Source: Macrostomum lignano (taxonomy: Eukaryota). From it: a stretch of DNA of 64,000 nucleotides. The number at the start of each line of letters is the position of its first letter. Position 1 is the stretch's first letter. The stretch is taken from contig NIVC01000342.1 of NCBI GenBank assembly GCA_002269645.1, positions 124,001 through 188,000 of the forward strand, given 5' to 3'. The notes below the pieces were generated by a model. That model was not told the DNA's origin, made no database searches, and saw only the letters and a list, made by a program, of their open reading frames with translations. Positions 1-27,555 of this stretch are shown one piece after another. Position numbers and translations under genes: made by a program.

Positions 1-612
1 AACTCACTCCTGCACCCACCTCACTCCTGCACCCAACTCACTCCTGCACCCACCTCACTCCTGCACCCAACTCACTTCTGCACCCACCTCATTCCTGCAC
101 CCACCTCATTCCTGCACCCACCTCACTTCTGCACTCACCTCACTCCTGCACCCAACTCACTTCTGCACCCACCTCACTCCTGCACCCACCTCACTCCTGC
201 ACCCACCTCACTCCTGCACCCACCTCATTCCTGCACCCACCTCACTCCTGCACCCAACTCACTCCTGCACTCACCTCACTCCTGCACCCACCTCACTCCT
301 GCACCCACCTCACTCCTGCACCCACCTCACTCCTGCACTCACCTCACTCCTGCACTCACCTCACTCCTGCACCCACCTCACTCCTGCACCCACCTCACTC
401 CTGCACTCACCTCACTCCTGCACTCACCTCACTCCTGCACTCACCTCACTCCTGCACCCACCTCACTCCTGCACCCACCTCACTCCTGCACCCACCTCAC
501 TCCTGCACTCACCTCACTCCTGCACCCACCTCATTTCTGCACCCACCTCACTCCTGCACCCACCTAACTCCTGCACCCACCTAACTCCTGCACCCACCTC
601 ACTCTGCAGCCA
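1..612. repeat. 17-bp minisatellite (CACCCACCTCACTCCTG)n
   Basis: Period read directly; about 35 copies, continues off the window start. Confidence 0.95.
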
Positions 613-1522
613 CCTCTTTACTGCACTCTTACTCACTCTCGAAGCACATTCATCAATCAAGCATTTCAACCAGCTTCTTTTTCACCGGTTCTTTTGAATA
701 AACACTTTTAGTGTACGTTAAAGTACGTTGCAATATCAGTTTAGGCTATTGCTTTTCTAGAGGAATCCAAAATATTTAGATGAATTGTTGAAAGTCTTGA
801 AGGTCTCAAGTCTACACAGAACTGTGCTCGTACACAAGTCTGCCCTGTGGAGCCAAGCTGGCAGTCAAAACAAGTCGGCACAATGATCGCTTTTATTTTT
901 TGCCAGCTCAAAAAACCTCGACCATACTAGCTGGCTAGACAGTCCACCGACTTTGCTTCTTCAAGCACTCGCGCGCACCACCCACTGGGAGCAATTGGCC
1001 AACCTTGGTGAAGCCTTCTCTCGGATCCTTTAACCAGAGAGCGCGGCGGCTCCGGCTCCCGGCTACCCGACACTCGAGAGCTCGCGATCCTCTGGGGGGG
1101 GAGGGGAAGTATTTGTGAGGAAGGGGATCGAGGCCCGGGGTATGGGCCGCCGCAAACTCGAGTGGCTCAATTTGGGGCGTTGCTGCGCAGCCTCGCTCTC
1201 TCTCTTCTCCCCCATCTCCTAGCCGCCATTAGTGCCCGAATCGTCTCTTTCTCAGGAGATCTCTGCTCGTTCCTTCGAGACAGCTCAAGCAGAAGCAGCG
1301 GCAGCTGCAACCTTAGTCAGCAACAAACTGCAGCGAAGGCGCTGCTAATTCTGACCTGAACTTGACCGGGCATCGAGTGGGCAGCGTCTGAATGAGCTGT
1401 AGCTCTGATTGCAACTGGCAGTCTGGCTTTTAGCAATATCGGCGCCATGACTGATTCTGTTTTATATTTTATTTCTAGTAGCTATGATGACAAAGATGAC
1501 AAAGTTGTGACGACTGCTCCCG

Positions 1523-2297
1523 GTGTGGTGAGTGAGGTGGCTGTAAAGTGAGGTGGCTGTGGAGTGAGGTGGCTGTGGAGTGAGGTGGCTGTGGAGTGAG
1601 GTGGCTGTGGAGTGAGGTGGCTGTGGAGTGAGGTGGCTGTGGAGTGAGGTGGCTGTGAAGTGAGGTGGCTGTGGAGCGAGGTGGCTGTGGAGTGAGGTGG
1701 CTGTAGAGTGAGGTGGCTGTGGAGTGAGGTGGCTGTGGAGTGAGGTGGCTGTGGAGTGAGGTGGCTGTAGAGTGAGGTGGCTGTGGAGTGAGGTGGCTGT
1801 AGAGTGAGGTGGCTGTGGAGTGAGGTGGATGCGGAATGAGGTGGATATGGAATGATGTGGATATGGAGCGAGGTGGCTGTGGAGTGAGGTGGCTGTGGAG
1901 TGAGGTGGCTGTGAAGTGAGGTAGATATGGAATGATGTGAATATGGAGCGAGGTGGCTGTGGAGCGAGGTGGCTGTGGAGTGAGGTGGCTGTGGAGTGAG
2001 GTGGCTGTGGAGTGAGGTGGCTGTGGAGTGAGGTGGCTGTGAAGTGAGGTGGCTGTAGAGTGAGGTGGATGCGGAATGAGGTGGATATGGAATGATGTGG
2101 ATATGGAGCGAGGTGGCTGTGGAGTGAGGTGGGTGTGGAGTGAGGTGGCTGTGGAGCGAGGTGGCTATGGAGTGAGGTGGCTGTGGAGTGAGGTAGATAT
2201 GGAATGATGTGGATATGGAGCGAGGTGGCTGTGGAGTGAGGTGGCTGTGGAGTGAGGTGGATATGGAATGATGTGGATATGGAGTGAGGTGGCTGTT
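1523..2297. repeat. 16-bp minisatellite (GTGGAGTGAGGTGGCT)n with variant blocks
   Basis: Period read directly; explains ORF 1482..2441. Confidence 0.95.
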
Positions 2298-2784
2298 AAG
2301 TGAAGACTCCTGTTTAATGAAGAGTAGGGCAACTATTACAAAGCCTATTTTTTCATTTTTCTCCGTATCGTCACTTCCTTGAGCAGATCTCAGTGCATAC
2401 TTGTTATTCCGATTAGGTGAACTGCATGACCCGTAGTCCACTTCTGGATGCTCTTGGATAAATGGCCATGTCGAATCGATGCAAATTAGTTTACTGTCTG
2501 GGATTTCTTGCCCAATTGGGTCTTAGGAGCTGCGAGCCGCGGAGGCAATCAGAGGCTCAATTGTTGTCAAATGCTCTCTGATGTGACACAACCTCCTCAA
2601 TGCAGTTCGACTCACACAGGCAATACATTCCCCAACTCTGCTGATGATCATGGCCGGTTAGTCGACCCTGTTATTATGCCCTCTCGGACATTACTTGTGC
2701 GTCTTGCTTGCAGGTTGATAGATTGATAAAATAAAGGTGCTCGCCTAGACTTAAAGGTATAAACGTTTTCTCAATGTCACTCCC

Positions 2785-3250
2785 TAACTCAGATCCTCAA
2801 TTTCACTCCATCACCCAAATCCATATCACTCCATCACCCAGATCCTCAATGTCACTCCCTCACCCAAATCATCAATGTCACTCCCTCACCCAGATCCTCA
2901 ATGTCACTCCCTCACCCAGATCCTCAATGCCACTCCCTCACCCAGATCCTCAATGCCACTCCCTCACCCAGATCATCAATGTCACTCCATCACCCAGATC
3001 CTCAATGTCACTCCCTCACCCAGATCCTCAATGCCACTCCCTCACCCAGATCCTCAATGCCACTCCCTCACCAGATCATCAATGTCACTCCCTCACCCAG
3101 ATCATCAATGTCACTCCCTCACCCAGATCCTCAATGTCACTCCATCACCCAGATCCTCAATGTCACTCCATCACCCAGATCCTCAATGTCACTCCATCAC
3201 CCAGATCCTCAATGCCACTCCCTCACCCAGATCCTCAATGTCACTCCCTC
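2785..3250. repeat. 26-bp minisatellite (CTCCCTCACCCAGATCCTCAATGTCA)n
   Basis: Period read directly; explains three overlapping ORFs. Confidence 0.93.
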
Positions 3251-3848
3251 AGCCAATGCACAATTCCCGGATCTGCAGCCGCCCCAGACCCATAATCAAT
3301 GAACGGTCAGATTCAAAGCAAATTCAAGGCACAAAATGATGCGCTTGAGTAGCGCCGAGTCTCCATAATAGAATTAAAACTGAAGCAGCTTCGAATTCGT
3401 GGAAATGTAATTAAAAGTTAGCACGGAATTGTCCGAGTTCTACTCGGGTCACGGCAGGCGCGGCGCTCTAAAGGCATCGGGGTGGGTCTACCGCGATATC
3501 CGCTGGCAGGAATTTCTCCAGTCAGCTTTTTTCTTCTCAAAAAAGTCTCAAAAAGAAAAAAGAAAGTTTGATGAAAGGCTTGGGTGAGAGCAGCTGACTC
3601 TGATGCGGAACACGAGCGAGCATTGTCTTTTCGATAATGCTCATTTATCCCACGGGTTCCGCACCTGCCAGCCTGCGCATCTCCGATCTCCGCAGCATGA
3701 GTCATCAGCTGCTGTGCTCTGGCTCGCGAAAAAGGAGAGAGAGAGTGATCGGATTGCCGCTTTTAGAAGGCTTCTCGGAGCAGGCGAAGCCAGCTATCAT
3801 TACTCTGCTTGCCGTCCTCAGATCTGCATTCTGTCTCTAGTAAAAATA

Positions 3849-4350
3849 ATGGATTGCTAATCTAGCCGACATCACGGATGCAGGAATATAATGGATTGCT
3901 AATCTAGCCAATATCACGGATGCAGGAATAGAATGGATTGCTAATCTAGCCAATATCACGGATGCAGGAATAGAATGGATTGCTAATCTAGCCGACATCA
4001 CGGATGCAGGAATAGAATGGATTGCTAATCTAGCCGACATCACGGATACAGGAATAGAATGGATTGCTAATCTAGCCGACATCACGGATACAGGAATAGA
4101 ATGGATTGCTAATCTAGCCGACATCACGGATACAGGAATAGAATGGATTGCTAATCTAGCCGACATCACGGATGCAGGAATAGAATGGATTGCTAATCTA
4201 GCCGACATCACGGATGCAGGAATTAAATGGATTGCTAATCTAGCCGACATCACGGATGCAGGAATTAAATGGATTGCTATTCTAGCCAATATCACGGATG
4301 CAGGAATAGAATGGATTGCTAATTTGGCTAGTCTAAAGAATATACAATCC
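3849..4350. repeat. 42-bp minisatellite (ATGGATTGCTAATCTAGCCGACATCACGGATGCAGGAATAGA)n
   Basis: About 11-12 copies. Confidence 0.93.
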
Positions 4351-4717
4351 ATTTCGCAGGGTACGTGGGTTGATGACAAATTGAACTTTGGTTTTATTTA
4401 CCGGTATGGAAAAGATTTTCAAAAGTCACACTTTATATTTTCAAGACTTAAGAGAACAGTTATTGAGACTCAGCTTCTGTTCCATCAGTCACAAAAAACA
4501 GCATTTTCCTGTCCTATCGCTTCTTCTACAGAAATTTACACTATAGTGATGAATAACTCAGAATTTTAAGGAGTTTTTAAGGAGGCATACAGGAAGTGAA
4601 GCGTTTGCGAATTGAAGAGGGGTGAAGTGAAAATGGGAGATTGACAGGTCAGAGGAGTGAGTGGCGTGAGATATAAATTGAAGTGAGATTGTAAAACTGA
4701 GACCCGGCTTTTAGCCA

Positions 4718-6033
4718 GTGACTGCCTAATTTGGTCAGTGACTGCCTCATTTAGTGAGTGACTGCCTCATTTAGTGAGTGACTGCCTCATTTAGTGAGTG
4801 ACTGCCTCATTTAGTGAGTGACTGCCTCATTTAGTGAGTGACTGCCTCATTTAGTGAGTGACTGCCTCATTTAGTGAGTGACTGCCTCATTTAGTGAGTG
4901 ACTGCCTCATTTAGTGAGTGACTGCCTCATTTAGTGAGTGACTGCCTCATTTAGTGAGTGACTGCCTCATTTAGTGAGTGACTGCCTCATTTAGTCAGTG
5001 ACTGTCTCATTTAGTCAGTGACTGCCTCATTTAGTGAGTGACTGCCTCATTTAGTGAGTGACTGTCTCTTAGTGAGTGACTGCCTCATTTAGTCAGTGAC
5101 TGTCTCATTTAGTGAGTGACTGCCTCATTTAGTCAGTGACTGTCTCATTTAGTCAGTGACTGCCTCATTTAGTGAGTGACTGCCTCATTTAGTCAGTGAC
5201 TGTCTCATTTAGTGAGTGACTGCCTCATTTAGTGAGTGACTGCCTCATTTAGTCAGTGACTGCCTCATTTAGTCAGTGACTGCCTCATTTAGTGAGTGAC
5301 TGCCTCATTTAGTCAGTGACTGTCTCATTTAGTCAGTGACTGCCTCATTTAGTGAGCGACTGCCTCATTTAGTGAGTGACTGCCTCATTTAGTGAGTGAC
5401 TGCCTCATTTAGTGAGCGACTGCCTCATTTAGTGAGCGACTGCCTCATTTAGTGAGTGACTGCCTCATTTAGTCAATGACTGCCTCATTTAGTGAGTGAC
5501 TGCCTCATTTAGTGAGTGACTGCCTCATTTAGTGAGTGACTGCCTCATTTAGTCAGTGACTGCCTCATTTAGTGAGTGACTGCCTCATTTAGTCAGTGAC
5601 TGCCTCATTTAGTGAGTGACTGCCTCATTTAGTCAGTGACTGCCTCATTTAGTGAGCGACTGCCTCATTTAGTGAGTGACTGCCTCATTTAGTGAGTGAT
5701 TGCCTCATTTAGTGAGTGACTGTCTCATTTAGTGAGTGACTGCCTCATTTAGTGAGCGACTGCCTCATTTAGTGAGTGACTGCCTCATTTAGTCAGTGAC
5801 TGCCTCATTTAGTCAATGACTGCCTCATTTAGTGAGTGACTGCCTCATTTAGTGAGTGACTGCCTCATTTAGTGAGTGACTGCCTCATTTAGTGAGTGAC
5901 TGCCTCATTTAGTCAGTGACTGCCTCATTTAGTGAGTGACTGTCTCATTTAGTCAGTGACTGCCTCATTTAGTGAGTGACTGCCTCATTTAGTGAGTGAC
6001 TGCCTCATTTAGTGAGTGACTGCCTCATTTAGA
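4718..6033. repeat. 20-bp minisatellite (GTGACTGCCTCATTTAGTGA)n
   Basis: About 65 copies. Confidence 0.97.
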
Positions 6034-7167
6034 ATTTATGGCTTAATAAATTTATCATAATCTCATTAATAAGTTTCTAAAATCATGAGTTCATGACTGA
6101 AACCGAGTCAATTAGTGAGTTTATCAGTTTACGGGAGAGCTGATTAATTAGACTGAGTTTCATTAGTTCATGAGTGAGGTCATAAATTAAAGAATTAAAA
6201 AAATAAATATTACAGTTTGATCGCAGGTGAGTTCACGAATGCCTGTGTGAGTCATTTTTCTACAAACTTGGACAAGTAAAACAAACAGATCCTCTCAGAT
6301 GCCTCACGCTTCATCAACACACGTCTCCAAACTGCTCGGCTGGAGTGCTTCTGCTTTGAGCACTGCTCATCTCAAAGGCAGCAAAGGCCCCATAGCCTGA
6401 GCGCGGGTTTCCTTTGATTTAGTCCCGCGCTGGGCCAAAAATATCATTAGCCTGCTCCCCCAGACAGTCTCAGCTTCATCATCAATTTTTGTGCAAGCGG
6501 GCGATCTTTAATCCTCAGCTCAAAATCCCCAGTTGCCCGCCCGGACCCTCTGCCATCTCAAGAATTTCCTGAATCATCGTCATCTTGAAAAAATCGGAGA
6601 AGGGGGACTTAAAAAATGGCTTCCCCCACCCTCAGCGGGGGGTCTCGCGCACCTGGGGAAGCTGGGGCAGGGAAAACGCCAAGCCGATCGATCCGCCATT
6701 TCTTCGCCAAAAATAATTTATTTGCCAATGGGTTCTGCTCAGTTAGAAAAAAGTGAGAATGAGAAGAAAGAGGAGGAGGAGAGGTAAAAAGTCCAAGCCC
6801 GGGCTACCAGCTGCCGCCCGCCTGAGGGTCACTTCGCGAGGGCCTGTCGGGGCTCCTGATCCAGCCTCTTAGATGAGGAAGGAGTGAGGACGGCAGCAGA
6901 TGAGGGTGCAAACTGAGAAATTTGGAACAGGACAGGCTGGCCGCTTTGAGATCAAGAAAGAGTTGGCTGGTCCCGCCTCTCGTGCTCAGCTAGCTGCATC
7001 AAGTTGCAGCAAGTAAGAGATGGCATGTGGATTCTGGGTGACCTGGCTCTCGGCTTCAGTCCAGCTTCATTTCTTGCCGGCAAAGTGCTAGTAGTTGCTC
7101 ACTCACTCTCAGCTCACTTTCACTCACTTTCTCCAGCATTCACTGAATCTCTCACTCATTCACTTGT

Positions 7168-7288
7168 GGGGGCATCACAAACCCTAAATATCACAAACCC
7201 GAAATATAACTCCAAAAGTGCTAGCAATGTCCAACGCTATTCTGGTTTTCGGGGGTTATGATCTTTCGGGTTTATGATGGCGACCTAT
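7168..7288. repeat. Short inverted-repeat element (MITE-like)
   Basis: CATCACAAACCC..ATCACAAACCCGAAA mirrored by TTTCGGGGGTTATGAT..TTTCGGGTTTATGATG around a core of about 40 nt. Confidence 0.45.
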
Positions 7289-7325
7289 TCACTTATCTCT
7301 TATTCCCCAGAAACTTTTTTATATT

Positions 7326-8600
7326 ATCACCAATTCACTCACTCTCTCACCAATTCACCCACTGTCTCACCAATTCACTCACTCTCTCAACAATTCACTC
7401 ACTCTCTCACCAATTCACTCACTCTCTAACCAATTCACCCACTGTCTCACCAATTCACTCACTCTCTCACCAATTCACTCACTCTCTCACCAATTCACCC
7501 ACTGTCTCACCAATTCACTCACTCTCTCACCAATTCACCCACTGTCTCACCAATTCACTCACTCTCTCACCAATTCACTCACTCTCTCACCAATTCACTC
7601 ACTCTCTCACCAATTCACTCACTCTCTCACCAATTCACTCACTCTCTCACCAATTCACTCACTCTCTCACCAATTCACCCACTGTCTCACCAATTCACTC
7701 ACTCTCTCACCAATTCACTCACTCTCTCACCAATTCACTCACTCTCTTACCAATTCACCCACTCTCTCACCAATTCACTCACTCTCTTACCAATTCAACC
7801 ACTCTCTCACCAATTCACTCACTCTCTCACCAATTCACTCACTCTCTCACCAATTCACCCACTGTCTCACCAATTCACTCACTCTCTCACCAATTCACCC
7901 ACTGTCTCACCAATTCACTCACTCTCTCACCAATTCACTCACTCTCTCACCAATTCACTCACTCTCTCACCAATTCACTCACTCTCTCACCAATTCACTC
8001 ACTCTCTCACCAATTCACTCACTCTCTCACCAATTCACTCACTCTCTCACCAATTCACCCACTGTCTCACCAATTCACTCACTCTCTCACCAATTCACTC
8101 ACTCTCTCACCAATTCACTCACTCTCTTACCAATTCACCCACTCTCTCACCAATTCACTCACTCTCTTACCAATTCAACCACTCTCTCACCAATTCACTC
8201 ACTCTCTCACCAATTCACACTCTCTCTCACCAATTCACTCACTCTCTCACCAATTCACTCACTCTCTCACCAATTCACCCACTGTCTCACCAATTCACTC
8301 ACTCTCTCACCAATTCACTCACTCTCTCACCAATTCACCCACTGTCTCACCAATTCACTCACTCTCTCACCAATTCACTCACTCTCTCACCAATTCACCC
8401 ACTGTCTCACCAATTCACTCACTCTCTCACCAATTCACTCACTCTCTTACCAATTCACTCACTCTCTTACCAATTCACTCACTCTCTCACCAATTCACTC
8501 ACTCTCTCACCAATTCACTCACTCTCTTACCAATTCACCCACTCTCTCACCAATTCACTCACTCTCTTACCAATTCACTCACTCTCTCACCAATTCACTC
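7326..8600. repeat. 20-bp minisatellite (CAATTCACTCACTCTCTCAC)n
   Basis: About 63 copies; explains ORF 7258..8646. Confidence 0.97.
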
Positions 8601-8819
8601 AATTTTTCTCTCCTTTTATCACTTCGTCATCTCGCTTCCCCATTAGTTTATTTTCAACCCACTTGTCAAATGCGAAGCCCTCAGACAATTTTGAAACTCT
8701 AACAAAGGAGATCCACAGGGGATTTGTTTGCTTCCGGATTGAATACAAAACCAGAGGCCAAGCAAAGAAGGCAGCCAGAAAAATAAGAAATGAATCGCGG
8801 CAAGTCGAGCAGCTCCTAT

Positions 8820-8846
8820 TGGCCAATCTGTCAGCCAATCAGCGGC
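8820..8846 (+). promoter_or_regulatory. Two adjacent CCAAT boxes upstream of the protocadherin ATG
   Basis: GGCCAATC and AGCCAATCAGC about 160-185 nt 5' of ATG 9005 match the NF-Y consensus. No TSS data. Confidence 0.3.
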
Positions 8847-9004
8847 GTAGACATGTTTCTTTTAGAAGAAGGAGCTTGCAACGCGGTGAGAGGTGAATTA
8901 GCTGAGAGCCAGGCCAGCAGGGCATAAGAAAAAAGCAGATAACATACCAATGGCAACGCCACAGCTCGGCCTATTAAATTAGGATTATTTAACCGAAAGA
9001 AGAA

Positions 9005-22909
<13,905 letters not shown>

Positions 22910-23239
22910 ACTCCCGAGTCCCGTCCAAAAATTGCCCCCCTCCCCGAAATTGATGGTCCAGTAATCTTTCTGAGTCATCCTGATCATTATATTCTCACCT
23001 TCAAAATGATTCGTAGTTCTCAAGTGTACATGCACGTGTAAATGTACTTTTATAGATGAACAAAACTAGGCTTTGCGATTTACTAGTACTCTGTTCTGTT
23101 CTGTATCTGGTTAGTACACACACACTAAATAACCAAACAGCGCTATTTATATGTGTATTTATGTATTCATAATAAAGTATGGATCTCTTCTATTCTGAAC
23201 CTAGTCCACTTAATTAACCGTTCTACTTTTAGTCCAGAC

Positions 23240-23700
23240 CCTTCAGCCAATAAGTTCACATGCGACCCAGTTCTGACTTTAGCCTAGCCTAGCCCAATAA
23301 ATAGTTTTATTTTTATCCCAGTCCCTCCAGCCAATCGGTATAAGCCAATAAGTTCACATGCGACCCAGTTATAACTTTAGCCTAGCCCAATAAACAGTTC
23401 TATTTTAAGCCCAGTCCCTCCAGCCAATCGGTATCAGCCAATAAGTTCACATGCGACCCAGTTCTAACTTTAGCCTAGCCAATAAACAGTTCTATTTTTA
23501 GCCCAGTCCCTCCAGCCAATCGGTATCAGTCAATAAGTTCACATGCGACCCAGTTATAACTTTAGACTAGCCCAATAAACAGTTCTATTTTAAGCCCAGT
23601 CCCTCCAGCCAATCGGTATCAGCCAATAAGTTCACATGCGACTCCGTTTTAACTTTAGCCTAGCCCAAAAACCGTTCTATTTTTAGCACAGTCCTTTTAT
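23240..23700. repeat. About 93-bp tandem repeat x5, CCAAT-rich
   Basis: Unit starts at about 23244, 23342, 23435, 23527, 23620. Confidence 0.9.
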
Positions 23701-24069
23701 CCTCCAAGTCCTTTAAAACAGTTTTCAGCAATCCCGGCTGATAGGCTTACCTAGGCACGTAGATAGGTAAGTAGGTTGTTATCCATGCGCCTAGACAGTT
23801 CTTGTTGCGTACTTTATTTAGTATTCATCAATATTTGCTATTACTCACTACTATGTTGCAAGTAGTCTCGTTAGGATAATTGAAAAACTATCGCATGTCT
23901 GTCTGTAATTTCAGTGCTTCTTAAAGTACTTTTTGGAAAAAAAGTAGACCACTTCAGTGTTTAGGTTATTACGTATATGGTATATTTTTGTATTCAGTGC
24001 ACTTTTGCTTATATTTTTTGTTAAATCAATATGTTGATGTGTAACGCTTGTACAAGAGGCCCAACTTTT

Positions 24070-24280
24070 GATGGCCCAAATGACCTGATGACTGATAACT
24101 CAAAATGACACGATGGTTGATGACCCAAAATGACCTGATGGTTGATAACCCAAAATGGCCCGATGGTTGATCACCCAAAATGACCCGATGGTTGATCACT
24201 CAAAATGACCGGATGGTTGATGACCCTAAATGACCCGATGGTTGATGACCCAAATGAACCGATGGTTGATGACTTTAGTG
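24070..24280. repeat. 25-bp minisatellite (GATGGTTGATGACCCAAAATGACCC)n
   Basis: About 8 degenerate copies. Confidence 0.85.
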
Positions 24281-25186
24281 ACCTATATTATTAATGATTC
24301 AGAAGACCGTTTGCATAGTAAAGAACACCGTTTGCATGATTCAGAAGACCGTTTGCATCACAATTTCAAACTTGGAGTTGTTTAATTTGTGTATTTAATT
24401 ATAACAAACTTTGTAACGCATCACCCTGTTCAGTACTGTCAGTACTCATGCTGGAAGCTGTAATTGTATTTTGTTCACTATGTCGCCGTTTGTTGCAGCG
24501 TACACTATACTTTCTGCAAGACTCGAGAGCTAACTGAAATATAATGCATCAAGAATTTTATTGCGTTTTAAATTTGAATTTCTAGACAGAAGAGGATTGG
24601 ATAAAAAATGCAAGAGAGAGAGAGATAACTGGTCTGTCGGACAAATGGAGCGCAATATTCGCTGACGTCTACTTGTGAGGAGTGCGGAGCGTTTCAGAAA
24701 GGAATACTAAAACATTATTCGCTAGCAACCTAGCGTCTAGTGTCTTGTCTTAACGTGTAGAGTTGCCTTGGTTTGCTCTGAGGCGTGCCTTTGAGCAGAC
24801 CAGCTTTAGTACCCCCGGGGGGTTGGTTTTGGGCCTTTGTGCGTGCGCGGGGTTGGCGTGGGGGGGTTGTGCGTTGTGTGTCTCTACCCTCCTTTGTGCA
24901 GCGGCCCTCCCCCCTCCGCCTGCTGAGGGTTTTTAATGCCCCGTTTTCTCAGGAGCTCCTGCGTTCTCGCTCTCGCTAAATTTTTTTATTATTCTTCTTT
25001 TAAAAATAAAATGCCGTGTTCGTCACCAAATATACAAGCATTCGAGTCTTGTTGGAGGCTGTTGCTTCGCCTCCGTGTTCTCGCCAACCTCGGTGTTCCT
25101 CTGTTTCTCTGGGTTCCTTCCGGGCCGGGTACTAATAAGAGTTAACGTGCGCAGAAGTCAAGAAAGGCAGGAGGAGCACCAAGAAG

Positions 25187-25552
25187 GGCCAGCGCCAAGG
25201 GGGGCCAGCGCCAAGGGGCGCCAGCACCAAGAAGAGCCAGCGCCAAGGGGCGCCAGCACCAAGAAGGGCCAGCGCCAAGGGGCGCCAGCACCAAGGGGCG
25301 CCAGCACCAAGGGGCGCCAGCACCAAGGGGCGCCAGCACCAAGGGGCGCCAGCACCAAGGGGCGCCAGCACCAAGGGGCGCCAGCACCAAGGGGCGCCAG
25401 CACCAAGGGGCGCCAGCACCAAGGGGCGCCAGCACCAAGGGGCGCCAGCACCAAGGGGCGCCAGCACCAAGGGGCGCCAGCACCAAGGGGCGCCAGCACC
25501 AAGGGGCGCCAGCACCAAGGGGCGCCAGCACCAAGGGGCGCCAGCACCAAGG
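25187..25552. repeat. 16-bp minisatellite (CACCAAGGGGCGCCAG)n
   Basis: Direct reading. Confidence 0.93.
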
Positions 25553-26074
25553 GTCTAGCACATACACACTGAACTTCTGCTCATATTCCAGTGAAGAATT
25601 TCTTCAGCTTCAAAACGAGACTATTTATCGGTACTGCAGTTTTTGGAAATTAACCAAGCCAAGTAATCTTTTAAACAAATTGTCCCGGGTTGGTTCGACT
25701 GGGTCCCATTTTGTGGGGGGTGGGTTGAGTTGTCACTTCCATATCTCCTGTGTTCCCTGAGCGGGGTTTAGACTGGAGCTCATCAATTGTCAAAACAACC
25801 TGCTGCAGGTATGCCCTCCCCCCACTGCCTAAACAGAGTTCCAGTCTCTGGGGTGGAGCCAAGCGGATTATTCCAGCTGCAATTGTTAATTGAATCGCCC
25901 TATCCAAGCACTCGCTGTCCCACACGTTGATAAAAGGAAGCTGCGAGGAAGAGATGATGGATCTTTTGCCCACCGGAATTTTTGGCAAATTGGCTCCCCT
26001 GCTGCAATTGGTGAGCTTGTTTTAACACTTGTTAGAATACCTTTGCTAACTTCATTCCTTCCTACATACTTATG

Positions 26075-26932
26075 TCACGACGCCTCTTCTACACCTCACA
26101 TCTGCACACCTCATGACGCATCTTCTGCACACCTCACGACGCATCTTCTGCACACCTCACGACGCATCTTCTGCACACCTCACGACGCATCTTCTGCACA
26201 CCTCACGACGCATCTTCTGCACACCTCACGACGCATCTTCTGCACACCTCACGACGCATCTTCTGCACACCTGATGACGCTACTTCTGCACACCTCACGA
26301 CGCATCTTCTGCACACCTCATGACGCATCTTCTGCACACCTCATGACGCATCTTCTGCACACCTCATGACGCAACTTCTGCACGCCTCACGACGCATCTT
26401 CTGCACACCTCACGACGCATCTTCTGCACACCTCACGACGCATCTTCTGCACACCTCACGACGCATCTTCTGCACACCTCACGACGCATCTTCTGCACAC
26501 CTCACGACGCATCTTCTGCACACCTGATGACGCTTCTTCTGCACACCTCACGACGCATCTTCTGCACACCTCATGACGCATCTTCTGCACACCTCATGAC
26601 GCATCTTCTGCACACCTCATGACGCAACTTCTGCACGCCTCACGACGCATCTTCTGCACACCTCACGACGCTTCTTCTGCACACCTCACGACGCATCTTC
26701 TGCACACCTCATGACGCAACTTCTGCACGCCTCACGACGCATCTTCTGCACACCTCATGACGCTTCTTCTGCACACCTCACGACGCATCTTCTGCACACC
26801 TCATGACGCATCTTCTGCACACCTCATGACGCATCTTCTGCACACCTCATGACGCATCTTCTGCACACCTCATGACGCAACTTCTGCACGCCTCACGACG
26901 CATCTTCTGCACACCTCATGACGCATCTTCTG
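26075..26932. repeat. 23-bp minisatellite (CACCTCACGACGCATCTTCTGCA)n
   Basis: About 37 copies. Confidence 0.95.
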
Positions 26933-27364
26933 TGTACTTTAGGCCCATTCTCTAGGCACTTTAGAACTTCTCATCTGGCATCGTCTCTCTAAGCACCACT
27001 GTACTGGTGCTCCTTTATGAACCTTACAATGTCTTCATAAATTTGTAAGAATACTAAACCCCTACAAACAGCATAACAGGTGCCCTCATCCTATTCTGGC
27101 CTCATCCAAAAATTCAACCACGAGGTTTTCCATTTTTTCGGAATAAGTGGATATTAATTGCTGAAAAGTTTTAATTGCGACTCACAGTTTCTAACGAGTT
27201 GCATAGCTGGGGAATCATTTTCAGCTGTCATTCATCAAACTGAAACCCAACAGACACATCAGAGGTAACAGAAGTGACACACCTGTCAATACCTAATGAA
27301 TTTGATCGATTCTGCTCAAATAAACAGTATAGTGTGCTCTCGAGCACTAATTAGAATCACAAAT

Positions 27365-27400
<36 letters not shown>

Positions 27401-27413
27401 TAGACAGACAGAC

Positions 27414-27512
<99 letters not shown>

Positions 27513-27545
27513 CACAGACAGTCAGACAGACAGACAGACAGACAC
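27365..27545. repeat. (GACA)n microsatellite abutting the channel A start
   Basis: Ends about 10 nt before ATG 27556. Confidence 0.95.
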
Positions 27546-27555
27546 TAAGACAGGC

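Noticed and set aside
4718-6033. CRISPR-like regular array
   Set aside because: Units are head-to-tail with no unique spacers, the DNA is eukaryotic and there are no cas genes. The same holds for all other arrays.
1482-8646. Long ORFs 1482..2441, 2774..3339, 3837..4379, 7258..8646
   Set aside because: Translations of 16, 26, 42 and 20-bp tandem repeats; no domain, no exon context.
8944-8957. X-box near the protocadherin ATG, and GTTGCTAAGG half-sites (31943, 54015)
   Set aside because: Only half-site matches, expected by chance in 64 kb.
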